Assembly: GCA_903825285.1 (NCBI GenBank)
Contig: CAIJZY010000048.1
Coordinates: 8,231-72,230 of the forward strand
Direction: 5' to 3'
DNA from: an uncultured Opitutia bacterium
GTDB lineage: Bacteria; Verrucomicrobiota; Verrucomicrobiia; Opitutales; Opitutaceae
Length of the DNA: 64,000 nt
Positions 18,531 to 27,900 of this stretch are shown here, piece by piece. Made by a program: the position numbers and the translations under genes. The stretch's first letter is position 1, and each line of letters starts with the position of its first letter. Below the pieces are notes generated by a model. That model was given only the letters and a program-made list of their open reading frames with translations. It ran no database searches and was not told the origin of the DNA.

Positions 18531-18915
18531 TCACCGTGTGCACGACCTCCGCGGGGGTCTTGGTGCGGATCGACGGCTGGTAGAACCGGCCGGTGGCGAG
18601 CGTTGTGCCGGAGAAATTGCCCTTCACCTCAATGTCTAGCTCGATGAGGTAGTTCTTGAAATCCCACGCCGAGCGCTCGCGGTACGTGATGATCGCCTCC
18701 GTGCGCTCCGGCATCATCGTGAGCGGGCCGCAGGCGGCGTCGTAGCCGAGCGCGGTGAGCTCCGCGACGATCAGCTGGTCGAGGCGGTGGTTGTCCGTGA
18801 GCAGGTGCTCCACATAGAGGTGATGCAGCTTGGTCGGGTCGCCGTCGTGGTGCGTGTCGAGGGTCGAGCAGCCGGCGAGGCCGACGACGGCCAGGAGGAG
18901 CAGCAGGGATTTCAT
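18505..18915 (-). CDS. Hypothetical lipoprotein
   Basis: This is the 3' 136 codons of the spurious 1249-aa track ORF. The ATG at 18915 gives MKSLLLLLAVVGLAGCS (lipobox). It lies 38 nt downstream of xylA. Confidence 0.55.
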   Translation of the reverse strand: MKSLLLLLAVVGLAGCSTLDTHHDGDPTKLHHLYVEHLLTDNHRLDQLIVAELTALGYDAACGPLTMMPERTEAIITYRERSAWDFKNYLIELDIEVKGNFSGTTLATGRFYQPSIRTKTPAEVVHTVITPIFRRK

Positions 18916-18953
18916 CACAGGAGGGGACGCCGGCCGGGCCGGTTGGTTCCATC

Positions 18954-20282
18954 TCAGCCGTGCAGGTAGGTGTTGAGGAGGTTCTCGAGGTACTCCTGCT
19001 TGCCCGACCGCGGGGTGGGCTCGCCGAGCTTGGTCAGGACGAGCCGGTTCAACTCGCGGAAGCCGACGCGGCGCTTCGCGATGTCGCGGCCGAAGCCGGT
19101 GTCGTAGCTGGCATAGCGCTCCTTGAGGAAGCCGGCGAACTGGCCGTCGGCGAGGATCCGGCGCGCCAGCTTGAAGGCCAGCGCGTAGGCGTCCATGCCG
19201 CCGATGTGGGCGTGGAAGAGGTCCTCCGGGTCGATCGAGGGCCGGCGCAGCTTGGCGTCGAAGTTGAGTCCGCCCGAGCCGAGGCCGCCGGCGCGCAGGA
19301 TGGAGACCATGGCGAGCGTGAGCTCCTTGACGTTGGTGTTGAACTGGTCGGTGTCCCAGCCGAGCAGCTCGTCGCCGGCGTTGGCGTCGATCGAGCCGAG
19401 CAGGCCGTGGGCGGCGGCGGTCTCGATCTCGTGCTGGAAGGAGTGGCCGGCGAGCGTGGCGTGGTTGGTCTCGATGTTGAACTTGAAATGCGGCTCGAGG
19501 CCGTGGGTGCGCAGGAACGCGATGCCGCTGGCGACGTCGAAGTCGTACTGGTGCTTGGTCGGCTCCTTCGGCTTCGGCTCGATCAGGAACTGGCCCTTGA
19601 AGCCGATGCTTTTGGCGTAGTCCACCGCCATGTGGAGGAACGCGGCGAGGTGCGCCTGCTCGCGCTTGAGGTTGGTGTTGAGGAGCGTCTCGTAACCCTC
19701 GCGGCCGCCCCAGAACACGTAGTTCTGGCCGCCGAGGGCCTGGGTGACGTCCAGCGCCTTCTTCACCTGCGCCGCGGCGTAGGCGAAGACGTGGGCGTCG
19801 GGGTTGGTGGCCGCGCCGCACATGTAGCGGCGGTTCGAGAAGAGGTTGGCTGTGCCCCACAGCAGCTTCACGCCGGTGGCCTTCTGGTGGCCCTTGGCGT
19901 GGGCGACGAGCTGATCCAGGTTCCGGTTGGACTCGGCGAGGGTCCGGCCCTCCGGCGCGATGTCGCGGTCGTGGAAGCAGTAGAACGGGACGCCGAGCTT
20001 CTGGAAAAACTCGAACGCGGCATCCATCCGGGTCTTCGCGATGGACATCGCATCCGTGCCCTTTTCCCACGGGCGCTGGATCGTGCCCGGGCCGAAGGGG
20101 TCGGCGCCGGTCCCGCGGAACGCATGCCAGTAGGCGACGGAGAAGCGCAGGTGCGCGGCCATCGTCTTTCCGTCCACGACCTCGTCCGCGTTGTAGTGCC
20201 GGAAGGCCAGCGGGTTCTTCGTGCCGGGGCCCTCGTAGGCGATGGACTTGATGCGGGGGAAGTGGGACTTCGCTTTTTTCAT
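18954..20282 (-). CDS. xylA: Xylose isomerase
   Basis: 442 aa. [32 protein letters not shown] and [15 protein letters not shown] are hallmark XylA segments. Confidence 0.95.
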   Translation of the reverse strand: MKKAKSHFPRIKSIAYEGPGTKNPLAFRHYNADEVVDGKTMAAHLRFSVAYWHAFRGTGADPFGPGTIQRPWEKGTDAMSIAKTRMDAAFEFFQKLGVPFYCFHDRDIAPEGRTLAESNRNLDQLVAHAKGHQKATGVKLLWGTANLFSNRRYMCGAATNPDAHVFAYAAAQVKKALDVTQALGGQNYVFWGGREGYETLLNTNLKREQAHLAAFLHMAVDYAKSIGFKGQFLIEPKPKEPTKHQYDFDVASGIAFLRTHGLEPHFKFNIETNHATLAGHSFQHEIETAAAHGLLGSIDANAGDELLGWDTDQFNTNVKELTLAMVSILRAGGLGSGGLNFDAKLRRPSIDPEDLFHAHIGGMDAYALAFKLARRILADGQFAGFLKERYASYDTGFGRDIAKRRVGFRELNRLVLTKLGEPTPRSGKQEYLENLLNTYLHG

Positions 20283-20403
20283 GGGGAGGCGGCAAAGCTA
20301 GACCGCGCCCAGACCCGGAACCAGCGGAAAACATGCGGCCGGGTGGGGCAGAGCGGCCACAACCGGCATTGACCCGTGCGGGGGGCTGTTTTTTAACCTG
20401 CCC

Positions 20404-21489
20404 ATGACACCGGGATTGACCGTCGAGCTGGGAGCCAGGAGCTACCCCATCCATTTCTGCGCCGACGCCGGTGCGGCGCTGGCGGACCTGCTCCGCGAGC
20501 TGCAGGCCCAGCAGCGGCCGGTGGCGCTGCTGACCGACGAGGGCGCGGCCGGGGCGCAGGCGGAGTTCGTGGCGCGCACCTTCGGCGCGATCCCGCGATT
20601 GGTCGTCGGAACCGGCGAGGGCTCGAAGTCGTTGCCGGTGTACGGCCGTGTGCTCGAGTTCCTGGCGGAGCACCAGGTCTCCCGCCAGGGCGTGCTGCTC
20701 GTGCTGGGCGGCGGGGTGGTGGGCGACCTCGGCGGGTTTGCGGCGGCGAGCTACCTGCGCGGCATCGAGTGCGTGCAGATTCCGACCACGCTGCTCGCGA
20801 TGGTGGACAGCTCGGTCGGCGGCAAGACTGGCCTGAACCTCTCGGCGGGCAAGAACCTGGTGGGCGCGTTTCACCACCCGCGCGCCGTGCACATCGCGAC
20901 CGATTTCCTGGCCACCCTGCCGGCCCGCGAGTTTGCCGCCGGGGCGGCCGAGGTCGTCAAATACGGCCTGCTGGGCGACGCGGCGCTGTTCGCGCGCCTG
21001 GAGTCGGACCCCGTCAAGCCGCACCGGACGGAGCTGGCCGCGGTCATCCGCCGCTGCTGCGAGATGAAGGCGGAGATCGTCCGGGCCGACGAGCGCGAGC
21101 TGGCGGCCGAGGGCGGCCGGGCGCTGCTCAACCTCGGGCATACTTTCGGCCACGCCATCGAGCAGGTCACGGGCTACGGCGCGTACCTGCACGGCGAGGC
21201 GGTGGCGGTCGGCCTGGCGGGCGCGGCGCGGCTGTCGCAGCGGCTCGGCCTCATCGGCGCGGCCGACGTGGCCCGGGTCGAGCGCGTCGTCGCCGCGCAC
21301 GCGCTGCCCACGCGGCTGGTGCAGCCGCTGCCGCTGGCGGCGCTGATGGCGGCGATGCAGCACGACAAGAAGGTCCGGGCCGGCCGGCTGCGGTTTGTGG
21401 TCCTGCGGCGGCTCGGCGAGGCGGCGACGCAGGGCGACATCGATCCCGCTCTTGTCGAGGCGGTCTGGCGCGAGCTGGGGGCGGCCTAA
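20404..21489 (+). CDS. aroB: 3-dehydroquinate synthase
   Basis: 361 aa. GGGVVGDLGGFAAASYLRGIECVQIPTTLLAMVDSSVGGKTG and NLGHTFGHAIE are AroB motifs. Confidence 0.92.
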   Translation: MTPGLTVELGARSYPIHFCADAGAALADLLRELQAQQRPVALLTDEGAAGAQAEFVARTFGAIPRLVVGTGEGSKSLPVYGRVLEFLAEHQVSRQGVLLVLGGGVVGDLGGFAAASYLRGIECVQIPTTLLAMVDSSVGGKTGLNLSAGKNLVGAFHHPRAVHIATDFLATLPAREFAAGAAEVVKYGLLGDAALFARLESDPVKPHRTELAAVIRRCCEMKAEIVRADERELAAEGGRALLNLGHTFGHAIEQVTGYGAYLHGEAVAVGLAGAARLSQRLGLIGAADVARVERVVAAHALPTRLVQPLPLAALMAAMQHDKKVRAGRLRFVVLRRLGEAATQGDIDPALVEAVWRELGAA

Positions 21490-21534
21490 GATTTGATGTG
21501 CTATCGGCCGCCGAACGGCTAGATTCCCCTCACC

Positions 21535-22161
21535 ATGTCGGCCATCGACGAAGGCATCGTCCGCGAATACTTTGAGCAAAACGGATTTCTCGTCCGCCAG
21601 GCCCGCAAGTACCAGGTCCAGGCGCGGCGCAAGACCGGCGAGGAGGAGATCGACCTCGTGGTCTACAACCCGAGCTGGGTGCGCGGGTCGCGGCGGCCGG
21701 ACTTCTTCCTGTTCTCGAGCGAGCTCGCCTTCGTCCAGAAGGCCGTGGTCGCGGTGAAGGGCTGGCACACGGACGTGTTCACGCCGGCGACGCTGAAGGG
21801 CAGCCCGGAGATCTTCCGCTTCCTCGAGGAGAAGGTGCTGAAGGACGCGTCGGGCTTCTTCCCGCCCGAAACGGAGGCGGAGGGCGGCGGGACCCTCACC
21901 AAGATCCTCGTGCTGCCGAGCCTGCCCACGGCCGAGCCGTTCCGCTCGCAGAGCGTGGAACTGCTCAAGGGCCACGGGGTCGATGCGATCATCTCGTTCC
22001 GCTCCATGCTGCTCGACATCCTCGACAAGATCGAAATCAACCAGAACTACAGCAAGAGCGACACGCTCCAGGTCATGCGCATCCTGAAGAACTACGACCT
22101 GCTCAAGGACACGCAGCTCGACATGTTCCCGGACCGCGCCGCCCGCCGGCCGAAGGCCTGA
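21535..22161 (+). CDS. Hypothetical cytoplasmic protein, possible restriction-endonuclease-like (PD-(D/E)xK-like) N-terminal fold
   Basis: 208 aa with a clean codon pattern. EEIDLVVYN ... AVVAVKGW resembles the D...(E)xK arrangement of YraN-type proteins, but Ala replaces the acidic residue. I recognise no family. Confidence 0.5.
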   Translation: MSAIDEGIVREYFEQNGFLVRQARKYQVQARRKTGEEEIDLVVYNPSWVRGSRRPDFFLFSSELAFVQKAVVAVKGWHTDVFTPATLKGSPEIFRFLEEKVLKDASGFFPPETEAEGGGTLTKILVLPSLPTAEPFRSQSVELLKGHGVDAIISFRSMLLDILDKIEINQNYSKSDTLQVMRILKNYDLLKDTQLDMFPDRAARRPKA

Positions 22162-22165
22162 CGCC

Positions 22166-22927
22166 ATGGCCACCCGGATCCATCCCGCCGCCCTGGTCGA
22201 GGAAGGGGCGCAACTCGGCGCCGACTGCGAGATCATGGCCGGCGCCATCGTCACCCGGCACGCCGTGCTCGGCGACCGCGTCGTGGTGCATCCCTACGCC
22301 GTCGTGGGCGGCGACCCGCAGTACCTGAAATTCGACCGCGCGGCCGCGACCGGCGTGCGGATCGGCGCCGGCACCGTGATCCGGGAGCACGTCACGATCA
22401 ACCGCTCGATCCATGCCGGGCAGTTCACGACCGTCGGCGAGGACTGTTTCCTCATGGCGACCAGCCACATTGCGCACGACTGCGCCGTCGGCCGCCAGGT
22501 GGTGTTCGCCAACGCGGCGCTGCTGGCCGGGCACGTCACGGTCGGCGACCACACCTTCCTCGGCGGCGGCGCGGCCGTGCACCAGTTCTGCCGCATCGGC
22601 GAGGGCGTGATGGTGGCGGGCCACGCCTCGATCACGCGCGACATCCCGCACTTCGTGATGGTGGCGGACCGCGACGATGTGATCGGGTTCAACGTGGTCG
22701 GGCTCAAGCGCCGCGGCCTCGCGCGGGAGTCCATCGCGCAGCTCAAGCTGGCCTACCACGACGTCTATTTCACGTCCGGGAACATCCGGGCGGTCGCCGC
22801 GGCCGCGCTGGCCGGCGGCAAGTTCACCGCGCCGGAGGCCCGGCGCTTCCTGGAGTTCTTCGGGGAGGGCAAGCGCAGCTTCGCGCGCGCGCGTCGCGCC
22901 GCCGCGGAGGAGTCGGATGCCGGCTAG
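22166..22927 (+). CDS. lpxA: Acyl-ACP--UDP-N-acetylglucosamine O-acyltransferase
   Basis: 253 aa. Hexapeptide repeats from the N-terminus (IHPAALVEEGAQLGADCEIMAGAIV) and a LpxA-type C-terminal helical domain. Confidence 0.9.
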   Translation: MATRIHPAALVEEGAQLGADCEIMAGAIVTRHAVLGDRVVVHPYAVVGGDPQYLKFDRAAATGVRIGAGTVIREHVTINRSIHAGQFTTVGEDCFLMATSHIAHDCAVGRQVVFANAALLAGHVTVGDHTFLGGGAAVHQFCRIGEGVMVAGHASITRDIPHFVMVADRDDVIGFNVVGLKRRGLARESIAQLKLAYHDVYFTSGNIRAVAAAALAGGKFTAPEARRFLEFFGEGKRSFARARRAAAEESDAG

Positions 22928-23840
22928 GCTCGCCATCACCTGCGGCGACCCGGCGGGGGTCGGCCCGGAAATCATCGCGGCCTGGCTGGCGGCGCATCCC
23001 GCCGAGGCGGCGGATGTGGCCGTGATCGGCCCGGGGCGCTGGCTGGCTGGGCTGGACACGCCCGCGGCCAAGGTGCCGGTCGGGCTGGAGGACTTTGCCG
23101 CCGTGCCCGGTCAGCCGAACGCGGACGGCGCGCTGGTGGCGTGGGCGGCGCTGGAGCGCGCGGCGGAGGGCTGCCGGACCGGCGAGTATTCCGCGGTGGT
23201 CACCGGCCCGGTGAGCAAGGCGGGGCTGGCGCGCATCGGCTACGAGTTTCCCGGCCAGACGGAGTTTTTCGCGGCGCGGTGGGGCGGGGACCCGGTGATG
23301 GCGTTCTGCGGCGGGCGGCTGCGCGTCGTGCTCGCGACCTGGCACGTGCCGCTGTTCGAGGTGCCGCGCCGGCTCGGACCGCACCTGCTGCACCGGACGG
23401 TGGCGGCGGCGGACCTGCTGGCGCGCGCCGAGGGCGTGGCCCGGCCGCGCATCGGCGTCTGCGGGCTGAACCCGCATGCGGGCGAGGGCGGCCTGCTGGG
23501 CGAGGAGGAGCGCGATTTCCTGAACCCGGCCCTGGCGCACCTGCGCGCGGAGTTTCCCGGCGTGTCGGGCTGCGAGCCGGCGGACACGCTGTTCGCCCGG
23601 GCGCTGCAGGGCGAATTCGACGTGGTGGTGGCGCTGTACCACGACCAGGGCCTGGCGCCGCTGAAGGCGGTGGATTTTGACGAGGCGGTGAACGTCACCC
23701 TCGGGCTGCCGTTCGTGCGCACGAGCCCCGACCACGGCACGGCGTTCGCCCTCGCCGGCACCGGCCAGGCGCGGGGCACGAGCTTCGCCAACGCCGTCCA
23801 GGTGGCGCGGCGCTTGATAAAGTTCCGGTCCGGGCAATAG
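22917..23840 (+). CDS. pdxA: 4-hydroxythreonine-4-phosphate dehydrogenase
   Basis: GDPAGVGPEI, NPHAGEGG and TSPDHGTAF motifs. A GGAGG lies 6 nt upstream of the ATG. The gene overlaps the lpxA end by 11 nt. Confidence 0.9.
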   Translation: MPARLAITCGDPAGVGPEIIAAWLAAHPAEAADVAVIGPGRWLAGLDTPAAKVPVGLEDFAAVPGQPNADGALVAWAALERAAEGCRTGEYSAVVTGPVSKAGLARIGYEFPGQTEFFAARWGGDPVMAFCGGRLRVVLATWHVPLFEVPRRLGPHLLHRTVAAADLLARAEGVARPRIGVCGLNPHAGEGGLLGEEERDFLNPALAHLRAEFPGVSGCEPADTLFARALQGEFDVVVALYHDQGLAPLKAVDFDEAVNVTLGLPFVRTSPDHGTAFALAGTGQARGTSFANAVQVARRLIKFRSGQ

Positions 23841-23851
23841 TGCCGACCCGC

Positions 23852-24238
23852 ATGACCGTCTCCACCGCTCCCGCCCCCAGCCCCTTGCCCGAGGGCGTCC
23901 GCGCCGGCAGCGAGCAGCTCGTGCGCCTCACGCCCGCGGCCGGCACCAAGGCCGCCGCGCTCATGGCTCGCGAGGGGCAGGGGACCTACCTCCGGCTGGC
24001 GATCACCGGCGGCGGCTGCAACGGGCTCAGCTACAAGATGTCGTTCATCCCCGCGCCGAGGCGCGGCGACCTCCTCGTGCGCACGGCGGGCGTGGACGTC
24101 CTGGTCGACAGCAAGAGCGCCCTGTACCTCAAGGGCACGCACCTGGACTACTCCGACGCGATGGTCGCGGGCGGGTTCAAGTTTTCCAATCCCAACGCCA
24201 AGGCCAGCTGCTCGTGCGGCGAGAGCTTCAGCGTCTGA
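23852..24238 (+). CDS. IscA/ErpA/HesB-family iron-sulfur cluster insertion protein
   Basis: GGGCNGLSY plus the C-terminal CSCGESF triad of A-type carriers. The ATG at 23852 is preferred over the GTG at 23840. Confidence 0.85.
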   Translation: MTVSTAPAPSPLPEGVRAGSEQLVRLTPAAGTKAAALMAREGQGTYLRLAITGGGCNGLSYKMSFIPAPRRGDLLVRTAGVDVLVDSKSALYLKGTHLDYSDAMVAGGFKFSNPNAKASCSCGESFSV

Positions 24239-24326
24239 GCGGCCCGGCGCCCCAGCTAAATAGGTGTTGTCATCCCGGCCCATCCCGGCGAGAAACCGCC
24301 CGACCTAATCACCTGATACTACCTTA

Positions 24327-24998
24327 TTGATGGCTACTTCGTTCCCCTCCGCCGGTGGCGGCAACCGCACCGGCTCCTATCAGCGTCGCAACGTCGACCC
24401 CTTCGCGGCCATTCGCCGCAACCACCGGATCAAGGTCCCCCAGGTGCGCCTGATCTCCCCCGAGGGCAAGCAGCTCGGCGTGATCGACACCGCGAAGGCC
24501 ATCAACCTCGCCCTCGAGGTCGGGCTCGACCTCGTCGAGGTCGCGCCCAACGCCACGCCCCCGGTCTGCCGGATCATGGACTTCGGCAAGTACGTCTACG
24601 AGGAGTCGAAGAAGACCTCCCACGTGAAGTCCACCGCGAGCAAGATCAAGGAGATCGAGTTCAGCGCCCGCATCGAGAACAACGATTTCATCACCAAGCT
24701 CCGCCACGCCGAGGAGTTCCTCGCGCACGGCAACAAGGTGAAGCTCCGCCTGAAGTTCCGCGGCCGCGAGATGGCCCACACCGAGATCGGCTTCGACGTG
24801 ATGAAGCGCGCGGTGGTCGACCTCGCCGGCATGGGCCATCCCGACGCCGACCCGAAGCTCATCGGCCGCAACATCCATGTCATGCTCACGCCGCTGCCCG
24901 TGAACAAGCGCAAGCCGAAGTTTCACGTGGACGAGCCGGACGAGTCAGTGGAACCGGAGGCCGACGAGTCCGCCGCCCCGCCGCCGGCCGACTCCTGA
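24327..24998 (+). CDS. infC: Translation initiation factor IF-3
   Basis: IKVPQVRLISPEGKQLGVIDTAKAINLALEVGLDLVEVAPNATPPVCRIMDFGKY is canonical IF-3. The start is either the TTG at 24327 or the adjacent ATG at 24330. The protein has an acidic C-terminal tail. Confidence 0.92.
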   Translation: MMATSFPSAGGGNRTGSYQRRNVDPFAAIRRNHRIKVPQVRLISPEGKQLGVIDTAKAINLALEVGLDLVEVAPNATPPVCRIMDFGKYVYEESKKTSHVKSTASKIKEIEFSARIENNDFITKLRHAEEFLAHGNKVKLRLKFRGREMAHTEIGFDVMKRAVVDLAGMGHPDADPKLIGRNIHVMLTPLPVNKRKPKFHVDEPDESVEPEADESAAPPPADS

Positions 24999-25009
24999 CC
25001 CCTGCCGCC

Positions 25010-26125
25010 ATGTCCCCGGCGGCCCTGCGTCTGGCCCTGCTCGCGCTGCTGCTGCCGGCGCTGGCCGCCGCTGAGCCCGCCCCGCGCGCCACGCCGACCC
25101 GCCCCGGCGGGAGTGGCGGCCCGCCCGCCCTCACCGCCGCGCCCCGGATCGCGGCGCTCTCCGTCACCCGCGTCAACGGCGTCGACCACGTCTCCCTCCG
25201 CGAGGCCGCCGCCCTGCTTGGCCTGCAGTTCAGCTGGCGCGAAGGGGAGCGCCGCCTGGCCCTGTCCGACGCCACCGGCAAGGTGGAGTTCGAGATCGAC
25301 AGCCGCGAGGTGAGCGTCCGCGGCCTGCGGCTGTTCCTCGGCCGACCGGTGATCGCGCGCAACGGCGCCGCGCTGGTCAGCCGGATCGACTTCGAGCGCC
25401 TGCTCCTCGCCCGGCTGCGGCCGGCGCAGCTCGGGCCCCCGCCGCCCCGGCCGCGCGTGATCGCCCTCGACCCGGGCCACGGCGGCAAGGACAACGGCTT
25501 TGAGAACAAGCGCCTCGGCCTGCGCGAGAAGGTGCTCACCCTCGATGTCGCGCAGCGCGTCCAGGCGCTGCTGGAGGCCCGCGGCTTCAAGGTCGTGCTC
25601 ACCCGCACCGACGACCGCCAGCTGGCGCCCGACAAGCCCACGGACTTCCGCATGCGCGCGGACGTCGCCAACCGCGCGGGGGCCGACGTCTTCGTCAGCA
25701 TCCACTTCAACTCCCTCTATCCCGACACCAAGACCAGCGGCACCGAGACGTACGCGTTCACGCCGCCGCTGCAGCGCTCGGACCGGGCGTGGGGCCCGAT
25801 CGAGCCGGACGACACCGAGCGCGCCCCGGCGCCGGTGAACCGCTACGACCCGTGGAGCGCGCTGCTGAGCCAGTCGATGCACCGCGAGGTCATCGGCGCG
25901 CTGCACAGCCTCGACCGCGGCCAGAAGACGATGCACTCCGCCGTGCTGCGCGGGCTGAACTGCCCGGCGGTGCTGGTCGAGTCGGTGTTCCTGTCCAACG
26001 ACGCCGAGGCCGCCCTCGCGGCGACGCCGGAGGGCCGGCAGCGCATCGCCGCGGCCCTGGCGTCCGGCCTGAACGCGTATGCCGACGCCCTGGCGGCGCT
26101 CGCGCCACCCCCTTCCTCACCATGA
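25010..26125 (+). CDS. N-acetylmuramoyl-L-alanine amidase (Amidase_3, AmiC-like)
   Basis: Signal peptide followed by an N-terminal domain, then IALDPGHGGKDNG...DVFVSIHFNS...VLVESVFLSN, typical of Amidase_3. Confidence 0.85.
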   Translation: MSPAALRLALLALLLPALAAAEPAPRATPTRPGGSGGPPALTAAPRIAALSVTRVNGVDHVSLREAAALLGLQFSWREGERRLALSDATGKVEFEIDSREVSVRGLRLFLGRPVIARNGAALVSRIDFERLLLARLRPAQLGPPPPRPRVIALDPGHGGKDNGFENKRLGLREKVLTLDVAQRVQALLEARGFKVVLTRTDDRQLAPDKPTDFRMRADVANRAGADVFVSIHFNSLYPDTKTSGTETYAFTPPLQRSDRAWGPIEPDDTERAPAPVNRYDPWSALLSQSMHREVIGALHSLDRGQKTMHSAVLRGLNCPAVLVESVFLSNDAEAALAATPEGRQRIAAALASGLNAYADALAALAPPPSSP

Positions 26126-27213
26126 ACTCATCCCTGACCACCCGCCATTTCCTCCTGGCGGCCCTCGCGTTCCTTCCGGCCGGCCTGCGCGCCTGGGACT
26201 ACGAGGGCCATCGCATCGTCAACCAGGTCGCCCTCGCCGCACTGCCGCCGGACTTCCCGGCGTTCGTGCACGACCCGGCCATGGCGGAGCGCATCGCGTT
26301 CCTCGCCGGCGAGCCGGACCGCTGGCGGAACGTCCCGGACCTGATCATGCGCCAGTCGGGCGGCAGCTGGGCGGACCACTACCTCGACATCGAGCAGCTG
26401 CCCGCGGCGGGACTCGACCCGGCGAAGGTGCCCTCGCTGCGCTACGACTTCATGCTCGCCTTCGCCGCGGGACGCGCGGCGCACCCGCAGAATTTTCCCG
26501 CCATCGACCCGGCCAACGACGCCGACCACACCCGCGAGTGGCCCGGCTTCGCGCCGTGGGCCATCGCCGAGTACTACGCGCGGCTGAAGTCCGCGCTGAT
26601 GTACCTGCGGACCTACCAGGAGCTGGGCACGCCCGAGGAAGTCGCCAACGCGCAGGCCAACGTCGTCTACCTCATGGGTGTCATGGGCCACTACGTCGGC
26701 GACTGCGCCCAGCCACTGCACGCGACCGAGTACCACTCCGGCTGGGTCGGGCCGAACCCGCACGGCTACACCACCTGGAAGAACTTCCACAGCTGGATTG
26801 ACAGCGGGCTCATCAACAAGGCGGGCATCACCTACGCCTCCATCGCCGGCCGCGTGAAGCCCGCGACGGCGCTGTCGCTGCCGCCGCAGGCGGACGGACG
26901 CGACCCGCTGTTCGTGGCGGTGATGGACTACATCATTGCGTCGAACCGGCTGGTCGAGCCGCTCTACCAGATGGAGAAGGACGGCAAGCTCAGCAACGAG
27001 GCCGAGCGGCAGGGCCACCGGCCCGCGCCCGGCGCCCCGGTCAATCCGGAGGGCGTGGCGTTCATCCAGGACCGGCTGGTGGTCGGCGGCGAGATGCTGG
27101 CCTCGCTCTGGCTCACCGCGTGGCACAATCCCGTGCCCGACACCTTCCTGCGCACGCAGCTGCTCAAGCGGAAGGCGGCGGCCCATCCGGCCCCGGCCAA
27201 ACCCGCGCCGTAA
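26122..27213 (+). CDS. S1/P1 nuclease-family protein, secreted
   Basis: ATGA overlap with the amidase gene. After the signal peptide come WDYEGHRIV..., WADHYLD, GHYVGDCAQPLHA and NFHSWID, which match the S1/P1 metal-ligand motifs as I recall them. Confidence 0.65.
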   Translation: MNSSLTTRHFLLAALAFLPAGLRAWDYEGHRIVNQVALAALPPDFPAFVHDPAMAERIAFLAGEPDRWRNVPDLIMRQSGGSWADHYLDIEQLPAAGLDPAKVPSLRYDFMLAFAAGRAAHPQNFPAIDPANDADHTREWPGFAPWAIAEYYARLKSALMYLRTYQELGTPEEVANAQANVVYLMGVMGHYVGDCAQPLHATEYHSGWVGPNPHGYTTWKNFHSWIDSGLINKAGITYASIAGRVKPATALSLPPQADGRDPLFVAVMDYIIASNRLVEPLYQMEKDGKLSNEAERQGHRPAPGAPVNPEGVAFIQDRLVVGGEMLASLWLTAWHNPVPDTFLRTQLLKRKAAAHPAPAKPAP

Positions 27214-27222
27214 CGGCCGGGC

Positions 27223-27448
27223 CTAGGCCAGTCCTTATGCGGTGGGTCCTTGCTTCGTCATCCTGAGCGAAGGCGAAGGATCGCTGTTATCCCGCCCCTC
27301 GAGCCAACGCAGGTCTCCAGACACTCAAGCGACGTGGCCAGAGTGTCAGGTCCACCTCGTGGTCTGACGTTGCAGCCAACAGCGATCCTTCGCCTTCGCT
27401 CAGGATGACGTCCGGGTGGGGCCGCAGTTAGGGAAGAGACTCTAGGCC
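27223..27448. mobile_element. MITE-like non-autonomous element (about 212 bp) bounded by a 7-bp direct repeat CTAGGCC
   Basis: CTAGGCC occurs at 27223-27229 and at 27442-27448. The segment between them carries a perfect 33-bp inverted repeat plus inner stems and has no coding capacity. No transposase is present in the window. Confidence 0.4.
27256..27410. repeat. Perfect 33-bp inverted repeat with an 89-nt spacer
   Basis: CGTCATCCTGAGCGAAGGCGAAGGATCGCTGTT (27256-27288) is the exact reverse complement of 27378-27410. Confidence 0.95.
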
Positions 27449-27870
27449 CTCCACGCCAGCACGACCGCGCCCGCGACGATCAGCGCGCTGCCCAGCGTGC
27501 TGCGGAGCGAGAGCGGCTCGTGCAGGAACAGCGCGGCCAGACCGAGCACGAACACCACGCTGAGCTTGTCCACCGGCGCCACCTGCGAGGCCGGGCCGAG
27601 CTGCAGCGCGCGGAAATAGCAGAGCCACGAGAGTCCGGTCGCGAGTCCGGATAGCGCGAGGAAGAGCCACGTGCGGCCGGCCAGCGTGGACAGCGCGAGC
27701 GGCCGCGAGGTGGACAGCGCGATCGCCCAGCAGAACACGAGCACCACGGTGGTCCGGATGGCCGTGGCGAGGTTCGAGTCCACGCCCGCCACGCCGGCCT
27801 TGGCCAGGACCGCGGTGGCGCCGGCGAAGAGCGCCGAGAGCAGGGACCAGAAAAGCCAGGAGGATGTCAT
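27442..27870 (-). CDS. Small EamA/DMT-superfamily membrane protein
   Basis: 142 aa with 4-5 predicted hydrophobic helices and an EamA-like pattern (FAGATAVLAKAGV...LFLALSGLATGLSWLCYFRAL). Confidence 0.7.
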   Translation of the reverse strand: MTSSWLFWSLLSALFAGATAVLAKAGVAGVDSNLATAIRTTVVLVFCWAIALSTSRPLALSTLAGRTWLFLALSGLATGLSWLCYFRALQLGPASQVAPVDKLSVVFVLGLAALFLHEPLSLRSTLGSALIVAGAVVLAWRA

Positions 27871-27900
27871 GGGCGGAAGGGCGGCTGGCCGGCGGCGCGG

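Noticed and set aside
20360-20403. Possible TTGACC-17 nt-TTTAAC promoter giving a near-leaderless aroB transcript
   Set aside because: The -10 match is only 3 of 6 positions and the assignment rests on a single hexamer. This is too weak to report as a feature.
18505-22254. 1249-aa minus-strand ORF spanning the lipoprotein, xylA, aroB and the 208-aa gene
   Set aside because: It overlaps xylA in another frame on the same strand, and it is antisense to the recognised aroB. Only its last 136 codons (18505-18915) start with a proper ATG plus lipobox signal peptide and were kept. The rest is an Arg/Pro/Ala-rich read-through.
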